DNA of 53,856 nucleotides, counting the filler, from Streblomastix strix (taxonomy: Eukaryota): assembly GCA_008636045.1 (NCBI GenBank). It is 3 parts of 3 records of this genome, joined end to end, with 100 filler letters (N's around TTAATTAATTAA, not from the genome) between each part and the next. Parts side by side here need not be neighbours in the genome. Positions count along the whole stretch, not along the records: positions 35,993 to 53,856 come from SNRW01000663.1; 2 more parts are not named here. One strand, written 5' to 3'. Of this stretch, positions 37,400 to 51,100 are shown piece by piece (position 1 is the first letter of the stretch; each line of letters opens with the position of its first letter). Under the pieces are notes generated by a model. The model searched no databases and was not told the DNA's origin. It saw nothing but the letters and a program-made list of their open reading frames with translations. The position numbers and the translations under genes were made by a program.

Positions 37400-38150
37400 A
37401 TTATCAATTTATTATTGTAATATTATTATTTTTCAGCCAGTTCGAACAATTCTGGGTTTTCTCTGGATCCATGACCATCCAGAAATAACCAGATATATTC
37501 TTATTCTAATCTTAACATTTAGCTGTTTTAATCAATACTAAAGATTATCCAAATCTTAAAAAGTTCGGGAGACAAATCTTTGGTATTCTTACTAAAATAG
37601 GAGTAGAAAAAAATATCATGGGTATTTCTAATTAATTCAAATTTGTAATCTTCTCAAATAATTCGTATAAAATATAGCATATTTGTACTTTGATTTAGTA
37701 GTAAACTCTTAGTGCCTGTCTTTGAATTTACTCATCTGACTAAGGTTGATACTTTTCTTAAAGGCTTTAGAACTGCTTTTTAAATTCCTAGCTTATAATT
37801 AAATATAAAAAACATTAAAATAAAAAATTTGTTGCAAACCATTTGTAATGCATCAACGGTATTAAGAAACTCACTTGAATTAATATTTTTCGCAAATTTA
37901 TCGGTATAAAATGTCCTTCAAAGCCTCATTCAATAATGTAGGACGTCCTATAATTTTGTGATCTCGATTATTTTTCAAATTTCTTCCAGCGGTTTTAATT
38001 AGTTATATTCTAAGATCAGTTTTATTGAGAATCTATTTATTTGTGAAATCTGTCATGGACAATAGAACATACGCTTATATATTATTACTATCAAAATTTT
38101 AATACTCATAAGAATTTATAATTTCCTTAATTGGACGATTTTGTCGAACT
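37400..38150 (-). pseudogene. Decayed pogo-like (DDE_1) transposase with internal deletion
   Basis: IGRPTLLNEA (N-terminal HTH region) and EYIWLFLDGHGSRENPELFELAEK (catalytic LDGHxSR). Stops and frameshifts. Confidence 0.75.
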
Positions 38151-38589
38151 AGTGTTTGCGTTGAATTTTTTTGAAATTTAAACCTAAAATTTCTTAAATT
38201 AATACTTCTATTTTATCTTTTTGATCTTTTTTTAAGTCAACTACATTTCTATATTTGAATTTAATAATATTTTATTTTATTTCTGTTAGACTTTTTTCTT
38301 ATATTTTTGATTTTATTTTTCTCATTTCTCCAACAAACGACTTTTCCAATTTATGATGATATGTGTATCGAAGTTCACTAAATTTAAACTTAAAAATTAA
38401 TTATAACGCAAAAAAACGCAGAGCATTGGGCTCGAACATTTGCGAATTGGGGAGTCTTTAGACAGAGCAATACCTAATATTTTCAAAGTGTCTAATTTTG
38501 GAACAAAATTGGTAATGCAATTTTGCTGCTCTGACTCCCACTGCCCTTGGTAGCAGGGGTAGTGGCAGGGCCAGCTTCAATTTAAAGCC

Positions 38590-39544
38590 ATTAATAGGAA
38601 GAATTAATTTAATATAGTTTATTTATTTAAAGAATTGAAGTCAGGAACAATCTACTTTCATCCTGAATAAAATTTCTGTATGGCTGATTTAGAAGATAAG
38701 AGAGAAGTAAAAGCTTATACAATGTTGCTAAAGCGATGAAATTTTCATTCAGGATGTACATAGATGAACTAATCTATTCATTTGAATCAACTAAATTAAT
38801 TTTAAATATAATATTCAATTCATTAATAAACTCTTGCAGTATATTACGTTTCAAGCTCAAATATAAGTAATCCTATATCAACATAACGGTAATACCAAAC
38901 TTCAAACACGTATTTGTCATTAAATTACTTGTAGTAATTATCAATTTAATTATATTCACTCAACTATAGATCAACTCTTCACATAAATAGAGTAGCTCTC
39001 TTTTTAGAATATATTTTAATAATCATATGTCTTATTTTGACCTCTTAATTATCATTTTATTTATATCAATTTTTCTGTATAGTATTGAATTGATTTATTA
39101 TATGAATTCTTTTGATAGTAACTTTGCTGGAAGAAATGCTGCAGAATAAACATTTTCGGATGAAATTGAGTTAGAATATTGAACTTAATTTTCAGTAGCT
39201 TTTTATTGGTAATCAATTCTTCTACTTTTCATGCCATTTGGTATACTATCAGTAATTTCTTTCTCATTTTTTCTACTTCTTATTAATACTTAATTAACTT
39301 CTGTTTCTTTCAACTTTATTCAAAATGGCAGAAGATATTGATCTTGCGCCGGAATAACTTTCATTTGGAAACTTGGGAACATTTTAGTGATATACAACTT
39401 CATCTCTACCAGATGCTTTATACATAGTTCGAGTAAATATTTTACAAATTTCGAAAAACTTTTATCTGTTGTGTGAGATAGAAAAAATTTGTACAGCGTC
39501 GAGAGCTGATCTGATGCACATATATCTTTTTTCATTTGCATCAA
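38590..39544 (-). pseudogene. Possible decayed hAT transposase C-terminal region
   Basis: Frameshifted NFIALATLYKLL...LSSKSAIQKFYSG*KQIV...LNKQTILNQ resembles the hAT dimerisation domain. Confidence 0.4.
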
Positions 39545-39571
39545 GATTTGTAATTGGATTTGAATTTAAAA

Positions 39572-40245
39572 AATGTTGGAGTTGTAAAATGTTTAAAATT
39601 CGACCATGACGGAGTTACGCGAAAACTTTTTTTTGGTTCGCTAGCCAGCGGCAGGTTGTATATGCTATTAAATTTAATTTAATTTATTTTATAAAAATTA
39701 TTTATTTAATATTATTAATATTTGCGATATTTGTAAGCATCAGCGATGGAGAAAAAAACTTTTTTTATATTTTCCATTTTTTGAAACATTCATATAATTA
39801 TTTTTATTAATTAATATTTAGTTTGATGTTATTTATTTTTTAATTAAATTTTATATAATAAAATTGATAATTTTAATCTACATGACGAAAATTCGCGATT
39901 TTAATTTTTTAATTTTCGCACATTTATACTTTTGTCGAAATAAATATAATATTCGAATATTGCAAATTGTATTTTATGGTTTATTTACAAAAATTGTAAC
40001 AAAAAACTAAAATTGAACGCTATATGATGTGAAAAATAAAACATAAAGAAAATCTTCGTTTTCACTTGCGTAAGTACCTAAAAATATCACAAATATTAGT
40101 AATATTAATTATTAAATTTAAATAAAATAAATTAAATAAAATTCATTAACATGTGTAAACTGCCGATGGCTCACGATCCAAATAATTTTTTTTTGCGCAA
40201 ATTCGCAATGATGTATTTCTGAAGATTTTACGACTCCAACTTTTG
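39572..40245. mobile_element. Second palindromic MITE-like element with about 180-bp diverged inverted arms
   Basis: gttggagttgtaaaat...agccagcggcag is mirrored by ctgccgatggct...attttacgactccaac. Confidence 0.75.
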
Positions 40246-40311
40246 TTTGTCTAAAATCATATTATATTTTTTCAAAATAAAAACAAGGTGGTTGGTACTG
40301 ATCGGAAACCC

Positions 40312-41437
40312 TCATATTGATATCTATATTTCAAATAGTCTGTTATATGCATTGCGAAATTGTCTGAATAGTATAGAATACAGTGGCTGCAATATGTGAG
40401 TGAGCGCAACAGGCAGTACAACGCACGTGATTCCTTCTTCCTTCAACAATTCCAAAGCTGTATCATCACCACGGCTTTTATGGCTATCTAGAATTAGAAT
40501 AATTTTCTCTTTCTGTTCGAAATATTTTGCTGCTTTCTACTCTCTAACCCATTTGAAAAACTATCGAACCCATCTTCGAAAGACATCCTGAGTCATAAAT
40601 CCTGACGATGACACATCAACAATTACTTCATCGTTTGTAAACTCATGTAAAATATATAAAGGAACTTTTATTAAATTACCAAGAGTGACGAAACGGGGAG
40701 GTTATCGAAATTCCGGAGAAATTGTGAGAGCCAACGAGATGTGTCCTACCAAATTCTCTTTCGGGGCACTTATAACTCTCTTCAGACCCATATCATTTGA
40801 TGTGCTACATCTAGTTTGATATTTGGGAGTCGTCTCATTCATGTTAAATACAGATCTGTTTCTATATCCTTCAAAAATCTACTCTGTATACACTTAATTA
40901 AACCAATTGTTAATATTAAACGCGAAGGATGCTTGTTGTCATCTTAAATCTTAAGTATATTATACGGGGAATGAGATTCTATTTGCTCTCATGAAGTCAT
41001 TCACATACTAATGTGTTGGATTCGGAACTTCTCTTCTGAATTCCTCTGCTATCCTTGGAAATTAAGTTACGTGGCCCTCGTGACAGCAATCAAGCGTTAT
41101 TCATTGTGTTGTTATATGATTTCTTAATGGATGTCATTGAAAGTAACAGGAATGTGATTTTAAATCCTATAATGCAAAGAATTCGCTAATGTTTGCAGTC
41201 TTTCAGGTGCAATGCAAGAACGTATTCGGACATTGTCATTGTTATATGCAGTTTATCTACAATAAAACCTATTAATTATATATGTATCTTAGGTTAATAT
41301 ATTGAAATCACGAGCAGGAATTGCGATTTAACCAGAAAAAAGAAGAAGAAGAGCAATAACAGCTTCGATAAGGGTAACGCAGCTCCTGATTTTTTCATTG
41401 CCTTATGCAAGCGATAACCTAATTTACCTTTTCTCAT
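40312..41437 (-). pseudogene. pogo/Tigger-like DDE_1 transposase pseudogene
   Basis: VFNMNET (D>N), SSGFMTQDVFRRWV, IILILDSHKSR, LPVALTHILQPLYS (D>Y). Internal TGA and a frameshift. Confidence 0.85.
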
Positions 41438-42161
41438 TATAGAAAATGAGCAATCATAATAATTATATTTTTATTCCTATTACAAAAATACTAAATAAAT
41501 GCAAAATTATGGGGATAAAAGGCAAAATTTTGGCTTCTTTACTCGCTTGTAAATCTATTATCATCAAATTAATTTATTTCGAATAAGTCTATATTTATTG
41601 TATAAATGAATAATATATTATCCTATAAATTTAATAAAATAAATAAGCAACAAATTTTCCATAATAAAACGTAAGTAAATGGGGAAGTGAAGGACAATTC
41701 GATTTTTACTGTTTATTGAATAATTATATTTATTTTCAAAATTAATTTCATCTATTAAGCATTTTCTATCAAATTATAGTAAATGAAATAGTAATAACAA
41801 CAATTTAAGCTCATAATTCTCTAAACAAAATTAATCTTGAAAAAACAAAAATTCAGCACCAAGAGTTGAATTTTAAACTATTCATTTATACTAATTTCGA
41901 TTAAATGATTAATTAAACAATTTTTCACCTAACAAAAACATTTATAGATTCGTTTTCGTTCCTCAAATGAAGCCTGGCAATTTTATTTTTTACTGCCAGT
42001 GCCATGCAAGGAACAACATCAATACACTATTAATACTTGCTTTTCTCCAAACAATCAATTTATGTTTGTTTGGTCGCAGCGAGCATACATTATTACTTAA
42101 TCCAACAATAAATTTTCATTTTAATATATCTTTATTTATTTATTTATTTTATTAGATTGAG

Positions 42162-45100
42162 ATGGCATCAACTATACTCTCACCTCTTGTTCGTGATAAA
42201 TTGAATCTCTTAGAATAAGCAAATGCAAATGGTAATATTTTTGTTTTCTTATTGTAATTATTTACCTACAATATATATAAATAGAAATGTACGAACTACA
42301 AAAGCAACTTATCCGTGGAGGTCAAACTGTTCCATATCATGTTTGCCTTTTCATTTTTATAACAATTTTACAATTGAATTATTAATTAATTTAATTTCAA
42401 AGAAAATAAAAGCAGAAACAAATATTTTACATAATTAATAGTAAAACCAAGAAGAAAATATGAAATCAAACTAAACTGAATAAGCTGATATAGAAGAAAT
42501 TAAGAGATCACATTTGATTGATATCCATCAGAAGATTAACTCACGAACATATTTAGGAGGAGCATCTATCTTTACACCCAATACTAATTAATATCATATA
42601 TTACCCTATTCATCTGAACATTTGGTTTGTTAATAATTCCACAGTTAACTAAATTATTAATATAATTCTAACAAAAATGAAATTGATAAATAATTGATTT
42701 AACTTGAGCAAAAATAACTCTTTCCTCATTCATCTTCTATATCAATTCCGGACATATCTTAAATAGAAGAGATTAATAAACACAAAAAGTAGAAATTATT
42801 TGAATCCGAACCCACTGCAAATTTATTGAGATAAAAACATCTCGATTAATTTCCTCCATATAGTCATCATATAATTCATCCATTTCGATTAAATCCTCCC
42901 AATCTTCCAAGATTCCCTTCCTCATCACCATATCTTCCTTCATTATTATCTGCTCTATAATTATAAACACAAAGAATTCTATTTGAAACTCCATAATTTC
43001 TCCATCAAGTTCGCCTCCCTCATTTCACTCACTTCATGGGAGATCCCTTTGCATCAATGACTTCAATGTCATAAATATTCACTCTTTATGCTCCTGGTAT
43101 GGCACCATTTATATAATCATCTCCTTCCCCAATTAGTAAAGATATATCTAATACATCTAATAGAAGTAACAGTAGATCGAGTAATACAAGTACACCAAAT
43201 AATGCTGGAGAAAATAAAGGGAAGAATGATCAGGATTAACAACCAAACAAATAAGGTTCTGTTTCTGACTTCTAATAAATTCCTAAGTATAATGCAACTT
43301 TGGGACTAATGTCTGAATCAGCTTCTGGGAGTTATGACTAATACATATTTATTCTGCAATGCATTGCAAATCTTTGAGCCTTTTCTGATATAGAATAACC
43401 AATTGAATAATTGAATATTTAAAATCATGGATCATTGCACTAAAGTCCATCAATGAAATCGTCAGCTCCATCATCATCATCTTCTTCATCTTAGTCTCGT
43501 TAATATCATTATCCAAAAACTCCTGAATAAAATATAATCGCAATTGATGTTATGTAAAGACGAGGTAAATTGAAATAGAAAAGAGAAAGAAGGAAATAAA
43601 GGAAGAATAAGAGAAATGTGTGATTAATGAATTATTTGTATAATTGTTGATTGATTGATATAATTTACTGGTTTTATTATTCATTATTAATTATATTATT
43701 ATATAGGAACGCATTTTACAGACAACTATTAGAAGGAAATTAGTAGTTAAAGATAAAATGAGAAAGAATTTTGAAAGATTGAAATAAGAAAGAGAAATTT
43801 AAGGTTAATAATAAGGTAATAAAGACAGTGAATAAAAGTTTAATAAAAACTTTGAAAGTATATTTTAGGATATAGAAAGTCATTTTAATGCTGAAGAAAA
43901 ATATATGAATGATGATTTGAATGAAAAAGAGGTTCATTTAAGTGAAGAAATATTTGGATATGAAGAAAGCAATGAAGTTGATGAAAGCGATGAAGGAGAA
44001 GAAGATACAATTGAATAGGATGATATGCTCACTTGTATGCGAGATGGATTGAAATTGAAGAATAAAAGATAAGTAATCACAAGAATGGTAAATTTAGAGA
44101 AATTTGAAGGGTCAAAGAAAGAAAAATTTAAATATGGAGAAAGGAAATAAGAAAACGGAGAAGATTAATATGATAATGATGAAGATGAGAGTGAATATAA
44201 TGAGTAATAGTACTAATATGAATGTAACTTTTATAATTAAGATAATGAAGGAATGATAATTGGTGCAGAAGGAGATTTAAAAGATTATTTTGATTTAAGA
44301 ATGCTTGTTAGATATGTAGTAAGTGCAGATGAAGATAGTAAGTATAAGAGACCTTAAGCTACATATGAACTAATTCTCTCAGATTATAGAAAGATGGTTG
44401 TGAAATGGAAGAAGGAGGAATTGAATGAAAGGAAATTACGAAGAAAGGAGAAAGTGTAGTAATTGAGAAAGATTGGATTGAATATTGCAAAGAAGAATAA
44501 ACAGGAGAAGAGAAGAAAGGAGATTTTGAAATTGAAAGAAAAGATGAAGAGAGATAAAGTATAGAAAGAAAGAGAATAATTAAAAGGAAAAGAGAATAAG
44601 GAAGAAGATTAGAATGAAGATACTTAAATTGATAAATTAACCAATAATAATAATAATTCTGATGATTCATCCTTTGATTATAAGAAAGATAGAAAAGCCT
44701 GGCATATTCATTCCTCATTATATGGAGAAAGGGACAAAGAATTTGATGCAGAAAAGGAGAAGTATGATGAATTAGCCCACAGATTAGAGAATGATGAAAG
44801 TGTATGTGCAGAGGATGATGAAGATGATGAAGATGAAGAAGAAGACACAAGTGAGATGAAAGAAGATGAACATGAAATGGAGGATAGGGAAAAGAGAGAA
44901 GATGAATTAAAGAAGGAAGATGAAGTTGAATAAGCAGAAGAAAGAGATTTATTGAGGGGAAAGAAGATTGAATTGACAGGAAGAAGTATTAGATTTAAAT
45001 TAATGAGAGAAATAAGGAGAGTTGAGAGAGAAAATATGAAAAAGAATTAAAGAAGAGAAAAAAGAATTATGGAATAAGTGAAGAGAAAAGCTATTAGGTT

Positions 45101-48100
45101 ACTTAGAAGACATGTTATTGCTGTTATTTCAACATCAAGGAGTTATTTAACTTACAATAATAAATCTGCATTGAAAGCTTGTCTAGACGAAGAGAGAAAT
45201 AAGGATAACAGCGAAATTATTAACAACTTCTTTCGTCATAATTAAGAAAATCGATCATCTTCCTCCTCCTCGGCTTAGCAAAATTTATCTTAAAATATAA
45301 ATTAGTAATCATAAAGACTTCAGTCAATTACTTCTCCGTAATCTTAAGATAATAAACAAGGAAATAAATTAACAAATGCACGAGAATATTTAAGTTAGAT
45401 TATATCCGAAGCTTAATAGGAAGAGAGCTATAAACAACTTATTAAGAAGTAAAGTAGAGAATAAATATACATTAGTAACAAAAATGATGCAAATGAGAGT
45501 AGAGCCAAATTGGAGATTGAAAGAAGAGAAAATGGGAAAAGGGAAAACCTTAAAGATAAAATTAAGTTGAGTAAGTTGAATACACATAACAATATATATA
45601 CATACGCTACAAACAGGGATTATCATCGGAATATTTTATTATAGATGAACTTTGCTGCAACAGCAGTGAGAATTGTACTGTAGTTTATTCCTGAGTATAA
45701 ATAAGAGAAATTCAGAATATAGAATGTGAATGAAGAAGGAATTATGGAGAGAAAGAATGATCCAGAATAAAACAAACTAAACCACAACTTCAATCATTAC
45801 CACATCTTTGATGCAAATATCAATGCTAATGTCAGTAAATCCACTATTAGTTCTTTTTCTAATAAAGTTCGATCAGTTACGCATTCACCTGAACTGCATT
45901 CATAACTTCTCCTCCTTTATAATACATTGCATATTCTTAGGTTAATAGCCTTTGAAGGAGCTTGGGATGCTCATCCTTTTCATTCAAATCTTAGGGTCAA
46001 TGAAATTGGAGTCATGGCTCAAGATGTTAAATTGCTTAATGAACCATTGATAAACCAATCATTGGGAGGTGGGAGTGAAGACCTATAAAGAAGAATGGCA
46101 GTTACTGAGATAAGAAAAGATAGAGAAGCATTTAGAGAAAGAGTGAAAGAGTTGATGAAAGAAGGAGAAAAAGATAAAGATAAGACGAAAGAGAAAGAAT
46201 ATGCAAAAGAAGAGGAAGAGAAAGAAAAAGAATTTGAAGCAAAGAAAGGAGATTTGAGAGGAATTTATGGTAATGTAGAAAGAGAGATGCTATTAATGTT
46301 TAGTAGTGATGATGATGAAGATGATGAAGATAATGATGATGAAGACGATGATGAAGATGATGATAAAGATAAAGATAAATAGAAAGTATAAAATAAAGAC
46401 AGGAATGGAGAAATAGATGCTGATGCAGTTGATGATAAAATGCATAAAGATGATACATAGAATTTTAATAAAAATTAAATCAATTTCAATAATAATATTA
46501 TTGAAAATAAAGATGAAGGAAAATAAAAGAAAAAACAAAAACAAAAGAAAAATATTGAAAATCGAATTATTCGATGCGCTGATTATGATGCAGATTTCTC
46601 AGATACATTTGTTCCAATCTCAACTCTTGGATATCGACCATTTGGAAAACTTCATACAGATTTTAAATTGAATAAAGAAATGATAGTAGAAGAAAGAGAT
46701 TATTAATTGAAAGAAGATAAAGCTCAGAAGTTTTGGGTTGGGCCAATTAATGAAGATAATAAAAACTAATTAAAAGAATAAATCCTTTAAAGAAGGAGAA
46801 TGAAAGGACTTAGAATGATAAGAAGAATTGAATTAAGGAATGCAAGAAGAATAACGAGGTGGAAGAGATACTACAATTCTTCATTTTCAGATCGAGTGAT
46901 TGAATCTGGGTTGAAGAATATGGGGCATATTTTAGTGTTTATTTAATTGGCTATAACAATAAGGAATTGGATGATTGAATAATATTAGATTGCAAGAGAA
47001 ACAGATGAAGAGGAGCAGAGAATTAAGAAAAGATAATTAAAATAACTGAAAAAGTTGGATAAGAAAAAAGTAATAGGTCAGTAAAACCAATCAATTATTT
47101 AGTTAGCTTCTTTATTATAACCTTAATAATCTTCTTCCTAATCAGTATCTCAATCAACTTAAACATCATTTATATAGCCACATGTGCAACAATCTCCATA
47201 TTTCATTCCACTTCCTCCACCTTACTCATTGTCATCACTTTTATTGTACACTAAGAATAGATTAATACATAATAATAAATCTGAGCAATATTTGGCACAT
47301 ATTTTGTACCAATTATAAAACAGAGATGATGCTGAATATAGAGAGATTGAGAAAAAAAGAATATTGGAGAAAATAAAATAAAGAGAAAGAAAAATATTGG
47401 AGAAGTCATAAGATGTATAAGAAGGAAATGATAATTAGAATTAAAAAGATTAATAATAAGATGACGATGATGATGACGATGATGATGATTGTTATTGTAA
47501 TGAAGAATTTTTTGATTATTTATTTAAATATATTGCATTTTATAGACTATTTTATGCTCCTTACTACACTCATTTCATTGTATAGAGGGTTAGATTGAAT
47601 TTAGCCCTACTTATATCTTCATTATGCAAGTCAATGAGGATTGTTGAATTTGTTAGAATAGTGAAATATGCAATTAATGGACAGAAATATGGATAATAAA
47701 TGAATAAGGAGAATGAATAATGTAATCCAACAGATATTTATGAATAAATAAAAGATGGAAATGATGGTTTAGATGAAGATGAACTATTGGCTGCTGAGAT
47801 TGTAATTGAACCTTTCTCTCATATTCTCCACAATATTCCTTATTTGTCTCATCATCATTAGAATTATGTATAATAATAATATAATGTAGAGAGAAGAAAG
47901 AAATAAAGTGAAACAAAAGACAATAATGAAGAAAATGAAGAAGATGAAGAATAGTAACAAGATATTGAAGATACTTAATAGGACCAAAGTAAAGAAGATA
48001 ATAACAATACAAATACTAGTATAGTTCTTAAATAACCTTCATTCTTAAAACAATTAAAATAATTCATTAAACTTTATATGGAAGAATAGTTTAAATCATA

Positions 48101-51100
48101 ATTTTTGACATAATAATTTGATGATGTATTTGAAGAATAGTTTAATAAGTGTTTTGAGAAAGAAATAGAGAAAGAGAAAGAAATAGAAAGATTGTCGAGA
48201 GAAAAGGAGATTGAAAGATAAAAGCAGCTTTAAAAAGAAAGGGAATTAGAGAGAAAGAAGTTGAGAGAGAAAGAGAAATTATTAATGAATTAATATAAAA
48301 CCACTTCTTCTACTCCATTCCCTTCAATATAGCGTTCATTGTTTTATGGTCTTATCCATAATAATCATTATAGCAAATATTCGTTTGAATATTTATTCAG
48401 TAAGCCAAATAAAGAGATTGAAGAAATGCTTATTTAAATAAATGTTAATAAAATAAAAAATTTCAGAATTGAAGAAGATGAAGATGAAATTGCTGCTGAT
48501 ATTCTTTGGAGTTTGGCATTTTTATGTGAATGTAGAGGTAATGATGCATAAATAAAAAGAAATTGTTTTTTCTCTTATTAATATTTTTCTTATTTTTTTT
48601 ATTAACTCAGAGAATCATCGTCTTCTTCTTAAATATGACATTATTCCACTCATTGTAGAACTCATGGGGTATAATAAACATATAATTAAACCAATTTATT
48701 ATTTTATTCTTTTTTTATCAGCCATCCAAAACGTTACATTGCAAATGGAGCACTATATTGTGTTTATATGCTAAGCCTTAATAACGACGCAATAATTAAA
48801 AATGAATTAATGAAAAGGATCAGAACATAGGAGAAGGTATTATATAGAGAATGGGAGACTGTTAAAGACCCATTTTTATACTCACAATAAAATTTGTCTC
48901 CTGAAACAGCTTAGATATATAATTTTCCTTCACGTTCATCTTATTCAATTCTTCTACATTAACCAGTGTCTAATATTATTTCAAATCCTTATCCACCTAA
49001 TTCTTTAATGTACCCTCCTCATATTATGCACCACTTAACAAAATTCATTTTCTTCTCTTCCATGTCATAGATACGAACTGATCATCAAATAAATATTGCT
49101 CCTCCTTAACAGTATGCAATTATTACTACTATGAATGGAAGCGGAACTAATTAGTAGTAAAGCTCTGGAAATAACGTAGTTGCTATGTTATCATCAAAAT
49201 ATCCAACATAAAATACTCATTTTTCATCTTATTTTCAACTTTTTCCAACAGCAAATTCTAATTTAAACCAAAATAATTCTAACTCATCAACTTCTCAATC
49301 TTCTTAATTATCAACTTCAAATTAAAATGCATAGAATACTTTGGATTAGAATTAATAATAAATATCATTGAATTAACCTAAATCATAAAAAGCCAAAAAT
49401 AAATAGAAATAAAAAGAGAAATAAAAAGAACAGGACAGAGAAGAAGAAAGAAAGAAGAAAAGAGAAGAAGAATACAATGATGAATAATGGAGTGAGAAAT
49501 AGAAAACAATTATTGTTTGTACTCCATTGCTGAGATTAACTTATATACTGAATAAGTTTGAAGTTGATATGAGATAGAAGCTTACTGGAGTTCTTGCTGT
49601 TTATATTGAAAGATATGAAGAATTGAAAAGGAAAGAAGAAGATATGGAGAAAGAAAGATTGGGAATTCCTTTTGAAAAGGAGGAGGATGAATTTCCATAG
49701 ATTCATAAATACCATCTAACCCTTACTCCTTTATAATTTATGAATTCAATGAGATATATTCCTTCATTTCATACATTTTATATTAATTCTCCTTCATTAT
49801 TTAGTAGAAGATTACATATTAAACTTCCACGTAATCAAAATTCTATTCATTAACAAACTATAGCCTCAAATATTAATTATTTTTACAATTTCAATAATCA
49901 TAAATCTAAATATGAGAATGGTCTAACTTTATAAAGGAAATATTATAATCATTAAGAAGAAATTGTAATTAAGAGATTAGAGAATGAGAGGAAGATGAGA
50001 GAAGATAAAGAAAAAGAATAAAATTAAGGGAAATAAAAAGATAAAGAGAAATAAAGAGAGAAATAGAAAGAAAAAGATAAATAGAAGAATAAAGAAAAAG
50101 AAAAAGATTTGGACAATGAGAAGATGATGGATGATGGAGAAGGAGATGGAACAAAGAAAAACAAAAAAGATGAATAATAGTAATAATCTCCAACATAGAC
50201 TAGTGATAAATCAAAATATTAAGGGAAATAAAGTAAGAAAGAAAAAAGAAAGAATAAAAAATCAGATGAACAACCATAATAATTGCAAACCTCAATAATA
50301 AATGAAGATTTAGACAAAGTATAAAATGAAGCTTAAGTTGAAGACATAATAAAAATCTAAGATGGAGATTAAGAGTAAGAAATAGAAATTGATAAAGAAT
50401 AAGTAAAGGAATAAGGGAAAGAACCAGAGTAATAAATAGAAATATAATAAGAATAATTAAAAGTTACTTAATAATAATAAAATGAATTACAATAAAAATA
50501 AGAAAATGATAAAAGAACTGAGAATGAGGAAGTAGAAACATCTCCAGATCCAACATAATAACTATAATAAGAATTATAAACATAATTGTAAATACCAATT
50601 GAAACAAAGGAATAAATTATTAATTCTATAGATAATATGAATGTTGAAGAAATAAATACAAATATTAATATTGATGTTGATGATGAAAATAAAATCGAAT
50701 AAAAGAAGTAATAATTTTTGATGAAATAATCAGATGAAGAAATAAGTGATGATAAATAAGAATAGAAAGAAGAGAAAGAAGATGAATAGAAATTGGAAGA
50801 AGAAGAAGAAGAAGAAAATAAAGAAAATATTGAAGAAAAATATACACTTATTTCTGACTTGAATGAATAAAATAAATAAATAAGTAATAAAGATGATAAA
50901 CCTGTTAAATATAAAGAATATAATAAAGAGAAAGGAACTAATAAAATTGATTTCAGAAGATATTTAATTCATTAAGCCAAAATATTACTTGGTCCACTTC
51001 ACAAAGAAACCATAAATGAATATGATGATGAAGATGAAGATGATATTGATGACTCTTAATTCAAATTTAAACTCACTTCAACTACTTAATTACCACCATC

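Noticed and set aside
44426..44428. Apparent in-frame TGA in GGIE*KEI
   Set aside because: Wrong frame; the true frame reads VVKWKKEELNERK without a stop.
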